From Candidatus Babeliales bacterium (GTDB taxonomy: Bacteria > Babelota > Babeliae > Babelales > JACPOV01), in contig JBFWNW010000004.1 in the NCBI GenBank assembly GCA_050250855.1, forward strand, positions 1 to 64,000: a stretch of DNA of 64,000 nucleotides, in the 5' to 3' direction. Each line of letters opens with the position of its first letter. The first letter of the stretch is position 1. Positions 10,500-21,188 of the stretch are shown here, one piece after another. The notes under the pieces were generated by a model. That model was not told the DNA's origin. It saw only the letters and a list, made by a program, of their open reading frames with translations, and did no database searches. Position numbers and translations under genes: made by a program.

Positions 10500-11071
10500 T
10501 AGAGATAACTATGAAACTGACTAAAAAATTATTGTATTATTTAGCAATAGGTTCTGTGCTGGGTGCTGTTGGTTACAGCGCATATTATTATATAACGCAG
10601 GATAAGGTAGTTATTTATGATTATAATTATCATAATGATGCCGCAGCTATCAAAAATATTTTCATGGAAGATCGTGATTTATTGCTAGCACCTGGTGCTG
10701 TGAACCCAGAGCAGTACATTGATTTTCTTCTTGAGCATCAGGCTGCTATTTTTGAGCCTAATATTCATGAAACTATCAAAGTATTGCATGAAGGAAAAAA
10801 GGTAGCAGGTTTTATAACCTATTCAAGAAAAAATTTCTATAGAGGAAAAATTCGTCTTTTGGGGATTGGTCGCGCTTATCGCGGTAAAGGTTATGGAACG
10901 CGCTTGCTTGAGTATGCTAAAAAAGATTTGATTAACCAAGGATGTACCGTTGTTTATTTGACAACACGCAAAGATAATTATCCTGCACAGAGTATTTATA
11001 AAAAAGCGGGTTTGAAACAAACAAAAGTTTTAGATGATGATTTTGTAAGATTTGAATATCAGGTTGATTAA
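10496..11071 (+). CDS. GNAT acetyltransferase with N-terminal TM
   Basis: YRGKGYGTRLL acetyl-CoA motif, NYPAQSIYKKAG. Confidence 0.85.
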   Translation: MIEITMKLTKKLLYYLAIGSVLGAVGYSAYYYITQDKVVIYDYNYHNDAAAIKNIFMEDRDLLLAPGAVNPEQYIDFLLEHQAAIFEPNIHETIKVLHEGKKVAGFITYSRKNFYRGKIRLLGIGRAYRGKGYGTRLLEYAKKDLINQGCTVVYLTTRKDNYPAQSIYKKAGLKQTKVLDDDFVRFEYQVD

Positions 11072-12564
11072 ATTATCCCCATATGTTTTAAAATAAATGG
11101 CGCAATATCACTGAGCTTTTTGAGCGATAATTTTTTCTTTTTTACTCCTTTCTCTATCATTAGAAATATAACAGGGTTGTTTGTGTGCGCTGTTTTTGGT
11201 TGCCCTGTTTTTTCATCAAACATTTCTTCTGCATTACCATGATCAGCTGTAATGTAGAGCGTTCCGCCACATTTTTCTACAACTTCATGGTACAACTGCG
11301 CTAGCTGATAATCAAGGCATTCTACTGCTTTGACCGTTGCTTTAAAGTTGCCAGAATGGCCAACCATATCAGCATTTGCATAATTAATAAGATAAAAATC
11401 ACAGGGATCTTTTTTAAGCGAAATAAGAACAGCTTTTGTAATCTGTGGTGCTGACATGCAGGGATGATTAACATAGTTTCTTGCCGGAATAGAAGGAATT
11501 AAAACACGTTTTTCATCTTTTAATTTTTTTTCACTGCCACCATTAAAAAAGTAGGTAACATGAGCATATTTTTCTGTTTCTGCAATAGAAAACATAGTTT
11601 TATGATGTTTTTCTAAAATATCTTTGAGCGTATTTTTTATGGACAGTGGTTTGAAAATAACAGTTGCTTTGAGATTTTTATCATAATCCGTCATGGTGGC
11701 AAACCAGGTAAGATTAAGTTTTTTTACAGGGAAATGATTAAACTTTTTTTCAGTAAAAGCTTCGGTCAATTGGCGAGCTCTGTCTGGGCGTATATTAAAA
11801 AATATAACCCCATCGCCAGGCTTTATAATGCTTGTATTATCAAGTTGTGTTGGTGGTATAAATTCATCAGTAATATCTTTTTTATAGTAATAGTTAAGTG
11901 CATCTTGCCAGGAGCTAAAAGTGGTTGGTTGTTTTTCCGTTAAACAATCATATGCTTGCTGCGTTCTTTTCCAATGCTTATCGCGATCCATAGCATAAAA
12001 GCGGCCTGTTATACTGCCAAGAGTTCCGATTTTTAATTTTTTACAAACAGTATCAAGTTTTTTTAAATAGATTGCAGCAGATTGTGGTGCAACATCGCGA
12101 CCATCTAAAAAGGCATGAATATAAACTTTTTTAATACCCATTTGTTTTGCTAACGTAATGAGTGCATAGGCTATTTTTTGATGTGCATGTACGCCACCAT
12201 CAGATAAAAGGCCCATTATATGTAACGCTTTGTTTTTTTTATGCGCTAGCTTTTTGAGTAATGAAACAAGAGTTTTATTAGTAAAAAAAGAACCATCATC
12301 TATTGCTTTTAAAACGCGCGTAATATCTTGCGTAATAATGCGACCAGCGCCAATGGTCATATGCCCAACTTCTGAATTACCAATGTACCCTTTTGGTAAT
12401 CCAACGGCAGTACCAGAAGCTTGTAAAAGCGTATGCGGATATTTTTTGAGCCATGCATCAAGATGAGGCATGCGAGCATGAAAAATAGCATTATATTTTT
12501 TCTTTTTGGAATAACCAAAACCATCGAGAATGACTAAAACTGTCGATTTTTTTTTAATAATCAT
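11068..12564 (-). CDS. gpmI: cofactor-independent phosphoglycerate mutase
   Basis: ILDGFG, GNSEVGH, DGRD, GRFYAMDRD, AETEKYAHVT, TADHGNAE motifs. Confidence 0.97.
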   Translation of the reverse strand: MIIKKKSTVLVILDGFGYSKKKKYNAIFHARMPHLDAWLKKYPHTLLQASGTAVGLPKGYIGNSEVGHMTIGAGRIITQDITRVLKAIDDGSFFTNKTLVSLLKKLAHKKNKALHIMGLLSDGGVHAHQKIAYALITLAKQMGIKKVYIHAFLDGRDVAPQSAAIYLKKLDTVCKKLKIGTLGSITGRFYAMDRDKHWKRTQQAYDCLTEKQPTTFSSWQDALNYYYKKDITDEFIPPTQLDNTSIIKPGDGVIFFNIRPDRARQLTEAFTEKKFNHFPVKKLNLTWFATMTDYDKNLKATVIFKPLSIKNTLKDILEKHHKTMFSIAETEKYAHVTYFFNGGSEKKLKDEKRVLIPSIPARNYVNHPCMSAPQITKAVLISLKKDPCDFYLINYANADMVGHSGNFKATVKAVECLDYQLAQLYHEVVEKCGGTLYITADHGNAEEMFDEKTGQPKTAHTNNPVIFLMIEKGVKKKKLSLKKLSDIAPFILKHMGII

Positions 12565-12643
12565 TGTAGGCCTTTATGAAAGAGGTATACTAAAAGTATT
12601 GCAAAAAAAAATAACATAATTCAAGGTTCAGGAGTTTTTTTAC

Positions 12644-12979
12644 ATGCGCAAAATTTTATGGGGATTCATTTTTATTAGTATACTTCATACTGTAAGCATA
12701 TTAACCAATGATGCTGATAATGCTGCTGCAGATAAAGACGAAAAAATAGCTTTTCAGCATGATCCGGTTGAACTATCAATGTTTGATGATATTGATATAG
12801 AATTTTCACCTGAGGAAATAGATGCTTATCAGCATGCACAACCACCATCTCGCCCCCTTATTCTTATGAGAGAAATTGGTATAGCATTGTACTTGCGTGC
12901 TATGTCGATCTATAATTTTTTTGGTGCAGTATTGGTAGGACTAAAAAAGGTGCTAACAGGTCATGAAAGAGAAGCATGA
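12644..12979 (+). CDS. hypothetical membrane/secreted protein
   Basis: 111-aa ORF with AGGAG RBS, overlapping the rsmE start. Confidence 0.6.
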   Translation: MRKILWGFIFISILHTVSILTNDADNAAADKDEKIAFQHDPVELSMFDDIDIEFSPEEIDAYQHAQPPSRPLILMREIGIALYLRAMSIYNFFGAVLVGLKKVLTGHEREA

Positions 12980-13706
12980 ATTTTCTCTCTATTATGAAGG
13001 GTTAAAAGATCTTTCTTTGCGTATTGGTAAAGAAATTACCATCAATAATGAGGATTTGTATCATAGAATAGTGCGTATACTGCGCTTAAAAGAATCAGAA
13101 TCATGTATTCTGTTTGATGCGCAGTGTCATATTCTTGTTACATTTCAAGGATCATTTAAAAAAAATAGTGTAACATTCACACTTATTGCCGTTGCCGATA
13201 ATCAGATTTTGCAGCCAAAAATAACTTTTTTACTTCCTTTGCTCAAGCGAGAAGCATTGCATGATGCAATCTATAGCTTAGTAGAAGGAGGTGCTTCAAC
13301 AATTCAGTTAATTGATACTAAAAAAGTGCATCAAAAATGGGGTGGTAAAAAAGAGTACGAGCGGTTGCATAAAGTTATGATTGCTGCAGCAGAACAATCA
13401 AAAAATTATGCACTTCCTGAACTTTTAGAGCCTCAATCTTTTGAAGATATTTTGCAAGAAGCCTCTAAAGCTCAGATTGTTTTTTTTGATCCAGAAGGAC
13501 ACGCTGCATTTTCTGTTATTGAACAATTAAAAAAAGGTTTAGCAAAAGAATTAATACTTATGGTAGGACCAGAAGGCGACTTAACGAATGAAGAGAAAGA
13601 GGTGCTCAAAAAGCATAATGCTCTTTTTTGTCGCCTTGGGCCAACTGTTTTGCGTGCACAACAAGCCGTTGTGGTAGCGTTAGGTTTAATGCGGTCTCTG
13701 CTTTAA
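12963..13706 (+). CDS. rsmE: 16S rRNA m3U1498 methyltransferase
   Basis: HRIVRILRL, AAAEQS, VGPEGD, LGPTVLRA motifs. Confidence 0.9.
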   Translation: MKEKHEFSLYYEGLKDLSLRIGKEITINNEDLYHRIVRILRLKESESCILFDAQCHILVTFQGSFKKNSVTFTLIAVADNQILQPKITFLLPLLKREALHDAIYSLVEGGASTIQLIDTKKVHQKWGGKKEYERLHKVMIAAAEQSKNYALPELLEPQSFEDILQEASKAQIVFFDPEGHAAFSVIEQLKKGLAKELILMVGPEGDLTNEEKEVLKKHNALFCRLGPTVLRAQQAVVVALGLMRSLL

Positions 13707-13707
13707 T

Positions 13708-14475
13708 TTAACGTTCAACATGATATTCAATGCCGTGAAGGGCACAGAACTCTTTTAAGTCTTTATCTGCTTGCTGACAATCAAAGTTTTTTACCTTTTC
13801 ATCACAATGGCTATAGCGCATCCCAACAAATGGAATATTGAGTTCATTGGCAATATGTTGAACACAGGTAAGATATTTTTCTTTATCATCCACAAAAACT
13901 ATTTTTTTAGGATAATACTTGAGGTGTTCAAAAATAGTTCTGAGAGATTCACCTTTATCATTTTGTCCGCAAAAAATAATACCATGTTTATAAAACAAGC
14001 GATCTTTTAGTTGTATATCAATAATCTCTTGTGATAGTCCAGTTGATGAAAAATCGATGCCAATTTCTTGGAGCTGCGCAATAGTTCTATCTATCAAAGT
14101 AAATGAACGTGCTGTAAGAGCGATAACATTCAGATTTTTTTCTTGTAAAGTTTTAACAAGTAAAGGCGTAGGTTCTTCTACTGGTTTTAAAGGAAGTACC
14201 ATTTGTATATAAAGATAAATAGGAAGAAATTCTGCAACCGCTTGGTTATCTATGGCGCCTGCATCCATATGCTTGCGAACTCTATGTTGAAAGCATTGGT
14301 CTGTTGCAATAAGTTCAGAGCCTTCTGCTAAGGTATTATCAATATCAAAAATTACCAATGTATCTTGATCTATATAAGGAAGAATATCATGCATGCATGA
14401 TGATTCAAAAATGTGAGCATAAAAAAAAGAAACATGAAAAAGAAGTGCTAATAAACCTATTTTTAATACTTTCAT
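13708..14475 (-). CDS. DUF2608-like HAD-family protein with signal peptide
   Basis: FDIDNTL, ALTAR, KIVFVDDK HAD motifs. Confidence 0.8.
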   Translation of the reverse strand: MKVLKIGLLALLFHVSFFYAHIFESSCMHDILPYIDQDTLVIFDIDNTLAEGSELIATDQCFQHRVRKHMDAGAIDNQAVAEFLPIYLYIQMVLPLKPVEEPTPLLVKTLQEKNLNVIALTARSFTLIDRTIAQLQEIGIDFSSTGLSQEIIDIQLKDRLFYKHGIIFCGQNDKGESLRTIFEHLKYYPKKIVFVDDKEKYLTCVQHIANELNIPFVGMRYSHCDEKVKNFDCQQADKDLKEFCALHGIEYHVER

Positions 14476-14534
14476 AGGAGCCTTTCATTATTATGGTAAA
14501 AAAATAAGTATAGTTCGTATGAGTAAAAAAGCAA

Positions 14535-15218
14535 TTAGTCAGTAATAGATTGCTGATAATGAAGTTGTTTTAAATAAAGAGGCAGGAGTTGAGATGCTCC
14601 TTTTTTGGTTTTTAACCATTGTTCATAAGCAGTTTGAGCAATAGCAGCAAGAGAAGGGTATGCAGGAAAAGGCTCAGGGAAAAATGTTTTTGCTCCAAAA
14701 GTATCGTCTATATTTTTTTTATATAATGTCGCACCATTGCCAATAAATCTAATCTGTTGATCATGCTGATACATGGTTTTTAATTCTTCAAGGAGCTTTT
14801 CTATATTTTTATAAGAATATCCGGATACAGTTCCTTTATGTTCATAAGCGAAATAAACGTCTTGATTAAAAGCATTAAGAAGAGCAACGGTAGAGGGCCA
14901 TGCTGGGTTATGATATTCTTGCATAAATGTTTTAAGTCCATCAACGCCAACAAGCGGTAAGCCCGTTGCAAAACTAAGACCATTGGCAGTAGCAATTACA
15001 ACACGCAAGGAAGTAAAGGGAGCGGGGCCCTGATTGACTGCTATAAAAGAAAAGTCTCTTAGATTCAGCATATTTTTTTTGCACAGTTGATCAAGAGCGG
15101 AAATAATTACCGTGCTTGCCATTTTTTTGTCATGGCTCACGGCATCAATACATTTATTGTCTTTAAAAATCCCTAATTCCAGCTGTTCATAGGTTGCTTG
15201 TAGTGCCAAATAATTCAT
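14535..15218 (-). CDS. tsaB: tRNA t6A biosynthesis protein TsaB
   Basis: IAVNQGPAPFTSLRV..ANGL..PLVGV..PLYLK. Confidence 0.9.
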   Translation of the reverse strand: MNYLALQATYEQLELGIFKDNKCIDAVSHDKKMASTVIISALDQLCKKNMLNLRDFSFIAVNQGPAPFTSLRVVIATANGLSFATGLPLVGVDGLKTFMQEYHNPAWPSTVALLNAFNQDVYFAYEHKGTVSGYSYKNIEKLLEELKTMYQHDQQIRFIGNGATLYKKNIDDTFGAKTFFPEPFPAYPSLAAIAQTAYEQWLKTKKGASQLLPLYLKQLHYQQSITD

Positions 15219-15397
15219 TATTTTTTGTTTTTACATTTTTGTTGTTGATAAAAAATACTAAATGCATCGTGCTCAATGGTTTTTTCTTTTTTAGGGATCA
15301 CTTTTCCACAATTAAGGCATTTCCAGGCCTCATAATTGAGAAAATGATCAAAGAATGATTGAAGGACCATAAGTCCTTCACACTTTTTACACTTCAT
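15218..15397 (-). CDS. small zinc-ribbon protein (59 aa; below the ORF-track cutoff)
   Basis: MKCKKCEGLMV...WKCLNCGKVI (two CxxC); AGGAG RBS at 15406-15410; stop overlaps the tsaB start (TAATG). Confidence 0.8.
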   Translation of the reverse strand: MKCKKCEGLMVLQSFFDHFLNYEAWKCLNCGKVIPKKEKTIEHDAFSIFYQQQKCKNKK

Positions 15398-15519
15398 CAG
15401 TACTGCTCCTTTTTTTAAGCATTGTCACAAGACAATTACCTTTTTATCCTAGCATAGCACAATTTGAGTGCAAAAGGATGATATTTTTAATAAAAAATAA
15501 AATATCAGTAAAAAATCTT

Positions 15520-15933
15520 TTATTGCTGCTGCTTTTGATACAGATAATCCAAATATGATTGCAAAATAAAAGCCGCAGCAACCGAATGAGCTTCTAGTTT
15601 TTCTTCTTTTGTTTTTGCATGCTTGAGCGTATCAGCTCTTTTACTAGTCAGTCTTTCATCCCACAAAATAAATGAAAGGTGCGGAAATTCTTGCTCAAGA
15701 GAATTCTTTAAAGCAACAACTTTTTTTGTTTGTTCACTCTCTGTTCCTTTGAGTGTAAGGGGATAACCGATAATAATAGTTTGTATTCCTAAGCGAGCAG
15801 TTTCTTGGTGTATAAAATTTTTTATATCTTTAAGCGTTACTGTTTTATATGGTTTTGCTGTGAGGCCTAGAGCATCAGAAACGGCAGTGCCGACCCATTG
15901 GTCGCCTGGGTCTAGCGCTAAAATTTTTTGCAT
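15520..15933 (-). CDS. ruvX: RuvX/YqgF pre-16S rRNA nuclease
   Basis: LALDPG..GTAVSD..GYP..WDERLTS..AAAFILQSYL. Confidence 0.93.
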   Translation of the reverse strand: MQKILALDPGDQWVGTAVSDALGLTAKPYKTVTLKDIKNFIHQETARLGIQTIIIGYPLTLKGTESEQTKKVVALKNSLEQEFPHLSFILWDERLTSKRADTLKHAKTKEEKLEAHSVAAAFILQSYLDYLYQKQQQ

Positions 15934-16009
15934 ATATCCTCAATTTTATTTATTAAATAATATTTAGTATGCTATTACTATACATATTTTTTAATAAAGG
16001 AATATAAAA

Positions 16010-17326
16010 ATGAATATCAATGATTTTGTAGTAGCGGTAAATCATGTTTTATGGGGTTGGCCTCTCATTATCTATATTTTAGCGGTTGCTGGTGCTGCTA
16101 CTGTAATGCTCAATTTTATTCAATTTACTCATTTTTTTGAATCCATTAAGCTTATGTTTTTTCCTGCAAAAAAAGAAACTACGGGCGATATGACCCCTTT
16201 TCAAGCATTAGTAAATGCGCTGAATACTTCTATTGGTAACGGGAGTATTGCTGGTATCGCAACAGCTATTTATGCAGGTGGTCCTGGTGCTGCTTTCTGG
16301 GTTTTCGTATTTGGCTTTTTGAGCATGTCTCTTCGTTTTGCTGAAGTATTCTTATCAACTTACTTTCCACCTAAGTTTGAAAAAACAGGAACAGTAGGTG
16401 GTCCTATGATTTATTTGCAAAAAGTTCCTGGGGGTTTAATTTTATCGTATGCTTTTGCTTTGTTTCTTTTATTTTTAGGATTAACGAGTGGTAGTGCGAT
16501 GCAAGCAAATTCTATTCGCTTGGGTCTTGAACGTATTTTGAATATTGCACCAGTTGTAACAGCTTTTGCATTATTAGCTTTTATTGCCTTTGTTATAGCA
16601 GGTGGTGCAAAGCGTATTGTAGAAGTTTCTGATAAAATTGTTCCCGTAAAAGTTGGTGTTTTTTTTGTTTCTTCCTTTATTATTCTTTTATATCATTGGC
16701 AATCTATACTTCCTGCATGCAAACTTATTGTACAAGGAGCTTTTTTTCCTGGGGCATTAGTTGGTGGGGCGGCAGGATATTTAGTCCAGCATGCTATGCG
16801 TTATGGTATTGTGCGATTAGTTAATGCAACTGAAGCAGGATTAGGAACAGCAGGAGTTCTTTTTGGCGGTACAGGTTCAGCTGAGCCTTTAAAAGATGGC
16901 ATCATGTCTCTTATGAGCGCCTTTATTGCAAATATGGTTTGCTTTATGGTTGCGCTTATGATTATAGCAAGTGGCGTATGGAACAATGGTCAAACAAGTT
17001 TGAACTTGACTATTTCTGCCTATGAAACGGTATTCGGTGTTCTTGGTGGATGGATTGTCACCTTTCTTGCTATAACATTTGGTATGGGTGTTATGGTTAC
17101 CTATGCTTATATTGCCCGTTCATGCTGGCTCTTTTTGACCAATGGGCGTTTTGAGTACGTTTTTAAACTATTGTTTTGCGCCGTAGTTTTTCTAGGATCT
17201 TTAGCAACAGTAGAGGTTGTTTGGAGTGCAACAGATTTGGTGAATGGTGGATTACTTATCGTTAACTTATTTGGTATTGCCTACTTTTTGCCACTGATAC
17301 GTTCGGCACTAAAAGCAGCTCAATAA
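16010..17326 (+). CDS. alanine/glycine:cation symporter (AGCS family)
   Basis: TPFQAL..IGNGSIAG.ATAIYAGGPGA.FW, GGPMIY, EAGLGT. Confidence 0.92.
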   Translation: MNINDFVVAVNHVLWGWPLIIYILAVAGAATVMLNFIQFTHFFESIKLMFFPAKKETTGDMTPFQALVNALNTSIGNGSIAGIATAIYAGGPGAAFWVFVFGFLSMSLRFAEVFLSTYFPPKFEKTGTVGGPMIYLQKVPGGLILSYAFALFLLFLGLTSGSAMQANSIRLGLERILNIAPVVTAFALLAFIAFVIAGGAKRIVEVSDKIVPVKVGVFFVSSFIILLYHWQSILPACKLIVQGAFFPGALVGGAAGYLVQHAMRYGIVRLVNATEAGLGTAGVLFGGTGSAEPLKDGIMSLMSAFIANMVCFMVALMIIASGVWNNGQTSLNLTISAYETVFGVLGGWIVTFLAITFGMGVMVTYAYIARSCWLFLTNGRFEYVFKLLFCAVVFLGSLATVEVVWSATDLVNGGLLIVNLFGIAYFLPLIRSALKAAQ

Positions 17327-17337
17327 TATAAACACCG

Positions 17338-18741
17338 ATGAAGCACATAATACCAGAACAATTTCCCGTTGCCTGTCACACCGATAATGTTGGGCCAGGG
17401 TCAACATTTGTTGCTATTAAAGGAATGAAGAGTAATGGTCTTTCTTATATTCCTCTTGCTTTAAGCAAAGGAGCAACAACAATTGTTGTAGATGAACAGG
17501 CTTTTCTTTCTGAATCTCTAAAAGATTTGATAGCGCATCATCATGCTACCATGGTAAAAACTTCTAATACGCGCAAAGCTTTGGCGCAATTAAGTGCTCG
17601 CGCATTAGGATTTCCTGCAAAGAAATTACGTATTCTTGCCGTTACGGGAACAAAAGGAAAATCAACAACAGTTTTTTTACTAGAGCATCTTTTAAGAAGT
17701 GCTGGGTATAAAACAGCGCTTTTGAGTACTATCTATAATAAAATTAATCATGAAATTCTAAAAACAAATCTAACGACGCAGCATCCCGATTATTTACATG
17801 TTTTTTTTGATGCATGTGTAAAGCAAAATGTTGACTATGTGATAATGGAAGTTGCTGCGCAAGCTTTAAGTTTGGAGCGTGTAGAAGGATTAAATTTTGA
17901 TGGCGCTTTATTTACTAATTTTGATTTGGAGCATTTAGAATTTTATGCAACCATGCACGATTATTTTCAAGCAAAATGTAGGCTTTTAGAGCATATGAAA
18001 AAAGATGCTCCTTTTTTACTGAATGTTGATAATGAATGGTGCAGAAATCTTAAAGGATCTAGTATTTATTCATTTGGCTTTGAGCATGAGGCTGATTATG
18101 CGGGAAAGCTTATTAATTCTACGCAGGGAATATTATTAATCATTAATAATGAAGAGTTTGTATGTCCTTCATTATTTGGAGAATTTAATGCCTATAATAT
18201 TTTAGGTGCATTATCGCTTTTGTTAAAACTTGGTATTTCTTTTGCAGTGCTCAAACAAGGATTACTACATTTTTCAGGGGTTCCTGGTCGCTTGCAACAA
18301 GAATTATTACCGAATGGCGTGCGAGCATTTATTGATAAAGCGCACAATCCTTCTTCATATAAGGCAGTTCTTGGAACTTTGCGTGCCATGACAGACCATC
18401 TTATTGTTGTTTTTGGTTGCGGTGGCGAACGGGATACCACAAAAAGACCTATCATGGGAGCTTTGGCTGCACAATTTTGTGATCTTGTTGTTATAACAAG
18501 TGATGATCCGCGCTCAGAAAATCCCCAAAGAATTATAGACGATATTTTAATGGGCATAGATGCTTGCATTATGGAAAAAGTTATTACTGAAGTTGATAGA
18601 GAAAAAGCTATTCGCTATGCTTACCAGCATGCAAAACCAACCTCTATTATTGCAATTTTAGGCAAAGGTTCTGATGAATATCAACTGATTAATGGTATTA
18701 AATATCCTTTTAGTGAGCGAGCACTATTACAATCGTTATAA
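17338..18741 (+). CDS. murE: UDP-MurNAc-tripeptide synthetase MurE
   Basis: VTGTKGKSTT, EHLEF, VPGRL, FGCGGERD, SDDPRSE motifs. Confidence 0.93.
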   Translation: MKHIIPEQFPVACHTDNVGPGSTFVAIKGMKSNGLSYIPLALSKGATTIVVDEQAFLSESLKDLIAHHHATMVKTSNTRKALAQLSARALGFPAKKLRILAVTGTKGKSTTVFLLEHLLRSAGYKTALLSTIYNKINHEILKTNLTTQHPDYLHVFFDACVKQNVDYVIMEVAAQALSLERVEGLNFDGALFTNFDLEHLEFYATMHDYFQAKCRLLEHMKKDAPFLLNVDNEWCRNLKGSSIYSFGFEHEADYAGKLINSTQGILLIINNEEFVCPSLFGEFNAYNILGALSLLLKLGISFAVLKQGLLHFSGVPGRLQQELLPNGVRAFIDKAHNPSSYKAVLGTLRAMTDHLIVVFGCGGERDTTKRPIMGALAAQFCDLVVITSDDPRSENPQRIIDDILMGIDACIMEKVITEVDREKAIRYAYQHAKPTSIIAILGKGSDEYQLINGIKYPFSERALLQSL

Positions 18742-18779
18742 AGGATTTATCTGCAGATTAGAAAGATGAAATTCATTAT

Positions 18780-18950
18780 GTTCGCACCCTTCGACAGGCT
18801 CAGGGCGAACGGAGTGAGAAGTTGGCGTAGTATTTAATCCTAAGTGCCGATTGAGCTAACAGAGAGAACAAGATGTATTTATATTAAAACCGTTCGTGCT
18901 GAGCTCGTCGAAGCATTCGAGCGGTTCTTAATAATTTATGTATAAGTTAT
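18780..18950. repeat. palindromic REP/MITE-like element, family A
   Basis: gttcgcacccttcgacaggctcagggcgaacgg ... ccgttcgtgctgagctcgtcgaagcattcgagcgg then taataatttatgtataagt. Confidence 0.85.
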
Positions 18951-19053
18951 AAAGATCAGCTATTAAAAAAGCTCCTACTTTACAAATCATGCTCTTAATA
19001 CTAATCTTAAGCTATCATAAAATTTAAGTATTCATTTTTTTAAGGAGTTTTCT

Positions 19054-21030
19054 ATGCTGCTGACCAGTTATTATGGTTTCATTTTTGCAACAGCATGTTT
19101 TGGCATAGTTGTTGTTGGCTACTTATTTTCCAAAATAAGTTCTATTGGTGTTGATAATCAAAAAGCACAATCTATTGCATCTGCTATTGCCCAGGGAGCA
19201 ATGACCTTTTTAGAAGAAGAATATAGTATTATTGGCTTGGTGGTAGCATGTACGGCTTTTTTAATGGGCTTATATATGTCTTGGCTTTCAGCAGCGGTAT
19301 TTGTTGCAGGGTCAGCAATTTCTTTAATGACAGGTTTTATTGGTATGCGTGCAGCAACACAAGCGAATGTGCGCACAACTATGGCAGCAAAAAAAACTGG
19401 TGAGCATGCTGCATTCTTAGTAGCTTTTTTTGGCGGCGGCGTGATGGGTTTTGCCGTAGCAAGTTTTGGCCTTTTGGGTCTTTGCACCGTTTTTTATTTG
19501 TTTGCTGGACGTCATGACTTTTTACAAATTCTCACAGCATTCGGTTTAGGCGGATCATTAGTAGCATTTTTTGCTCGTGTTGGTGGCGGTATTTATACTA
19601 AATCTGCCGATGTTGGAGCTGATCTTGTTGGTAAAGTGGAAGCAGGAATTCCAGAAGATGACCCTCGTAACCCTGCGGTAATTGCTGATAACGTTGGTGA
19701 TTGCGTTGGCGATACTGCTGGTATGGGTGCAGATATTTATGAATCATATGTTGGTGCTATGATTTCTGCGGTTATTTTGGCATCTTCTTTATCTATGTAT
19801 AATAATTTTTCTTATAAAATTCTTCCCTTGATGCTTGCAGCAATAGGGTTATTAAGTTCAGTAGTAGGGCTAATGACCAATTCAATTATGAAAGTAAATC
19901 CTGCTGCTATGTTGCGCAACGCAACGTATATTGCCATAGCAATATTTTTAGCAGCTGCATATGGTTATATGAATTTTATGGGTCTACATATGGCTCTTTT
20001 TGTTTCCATTGTTTTGGGTTGCTTGGCTGGTGTTATTATTGGTTCCATTACCGAATATTATACCGGCGGAAAGCCAGTAGAAAATTTAGCAGGAATATCG
20101 CGCTCGGGTGCTGCAACAAACTTAATTTTTGGTCTTTCTATTGGTATGGAATCAACGGCATTGCCGGTTATTATTTTAGCATTTGTTATTTTGTTATCAT
20201 TTAGCTATGGCGGTGGCTTGTATGGTATTTCTCTAGCAGCAGTTTCAATGCTTGCAACAGTTGGTATTACTATGACTGTTGATGCATATGGCCCTATAGC
20301 TGATAATGCTGGTGGTATTGCTGAGATGGCAGGCTTTGGGCCAGAAGTTCGCTCAATTACCGATAAATTAGATGCACTTGGTAATACAACGGCTGCAATT
20401 GGTAAAGGATTTGCTATAGGTTCTGCATTACTTACTGCGCTTGCATTATTCAGTGCATATGCGCAAGAAGCGGGTTTGACAGCGCTGAATATTTTAGATC
20501 CTTTTGTAATGGCCGGTATGTTTATTGGTGGCACAATGCCATTTATAGTTTCTGCGCTTACTATGCGTTCAGTTGGTCAAGCAGCATTACATATGGTTAT
20601 GGAAGTACGTCGACAATTTAAAGAGATTCCTGGTCTTATGCAAGGTACTGCTCAGCCTGATTATAAAAAGTGTATTGCCATCAGTACTAAAGCTTCATTA
20701 CGCGAAATGGTATTGCCCGGTGTTTTGACTATTGTATTGCCTGTTTTAATATTTTTCACGTTAGGTAAAGCGGCAGTAGGCGGATTGCTGGTAGGGTCTA
20801 CCGTTGTTGGAGTGCTTCTTGCCTTAATGATGGCCAATGGCGGTGGTGCATGGGATAATGCTAAAAAATATATTGAATCAGGACACTTTGGTGGTAAAGG
20901 TTCCGATGCTCATAGAGCTGCTGTTATTGGTGACACGGTGGGCGACCCATTCAAAGATACATCAGGTCCGGCATTAAATATTTTAATTAAGTTAATGTCG
21001 ATCGTAGCATTATTACTTGTTTCAAAATAA
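19054..21030 (+). CDS. hppA: membrane-bound ion-translocating pyrophosphatase (K+-dependent type)
   Basis: [42 protein letters not shown] motifs. Confidence 0.97.
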   Translation: MLLTSYYGFIFATACFGIVVVGYLFSKISSIGVDNQKAQSIASAIAQGAMTFLEEEYSIIGLVVACTAFLMGLYMSWLSAAVFVAGSAISLMTGFIGMRAATQANVRTTMAAKKTGEHAAFLVAFFGGGVMGFAVASFGLLGLCTVFYLFAGRHDFLQILTAFGLGGSLVAFFARVGGGIYTKSADVGADLVGKVEAGIPEDDPRNPAVIADNVGDCVGDTAGMGADIYESYVGAMISAVILASSLSMYNNFSYKILPLMLAAIGLLSSVVGLMTNSIMKVNPAAMLRNATYIAIAIFLAAAYGYMNFMGLHMALFVSIVLGCLAGVIIGSITEYYTGGKPVENLAGISRSGAATNLIFGLSIGMESTALPVIILAFVILLSFSYGGGLYGISLAAVSMLATVGITMTVDAYGPIADNAGGIAEMAGFGPEVRSITDKLDALGNTTAAIGKGFAIGSALLTALALFSAYAQEAGLTALNILDPFVMAGMFIGGTMPFIVSALTMRSVGQAALHMVMEVRRQFKEIPGLMQGTAQPDYKKCIAISTKASLREMVLPGVLTIVLPVLIFFTLGKAAVGGLLVGSTVVGVLLALMMANGGGAWDNAKKYIESGHFGGKGSDAHRAAVIGDTVGDPFKDTSGPALNILIKLMSIVALLLVSK

Positions 21031-21038
21031 GTTTTTTA

Positions 21039-21071
21039 TCAGGGGATCTTTTAAAGGTCCCCTGTATTTTT
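21039..21071 (+). terminator. intrinsic terminator
   Basis: caggggatc-ttttaaa-ggtcccctg followed by tattttt. Confidence 0.75.
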
Positions 21072-21188
21072 GATCTCTTTTTTATTAAATTTCTTTTTGA
21101 AATTAAGATTGGGGCGGCATTAATTTTGGATAAAAAATCAAAATCTGTTAAGCTTTTAAATAAGGCTTTTAACTATATGGAGGATCTT

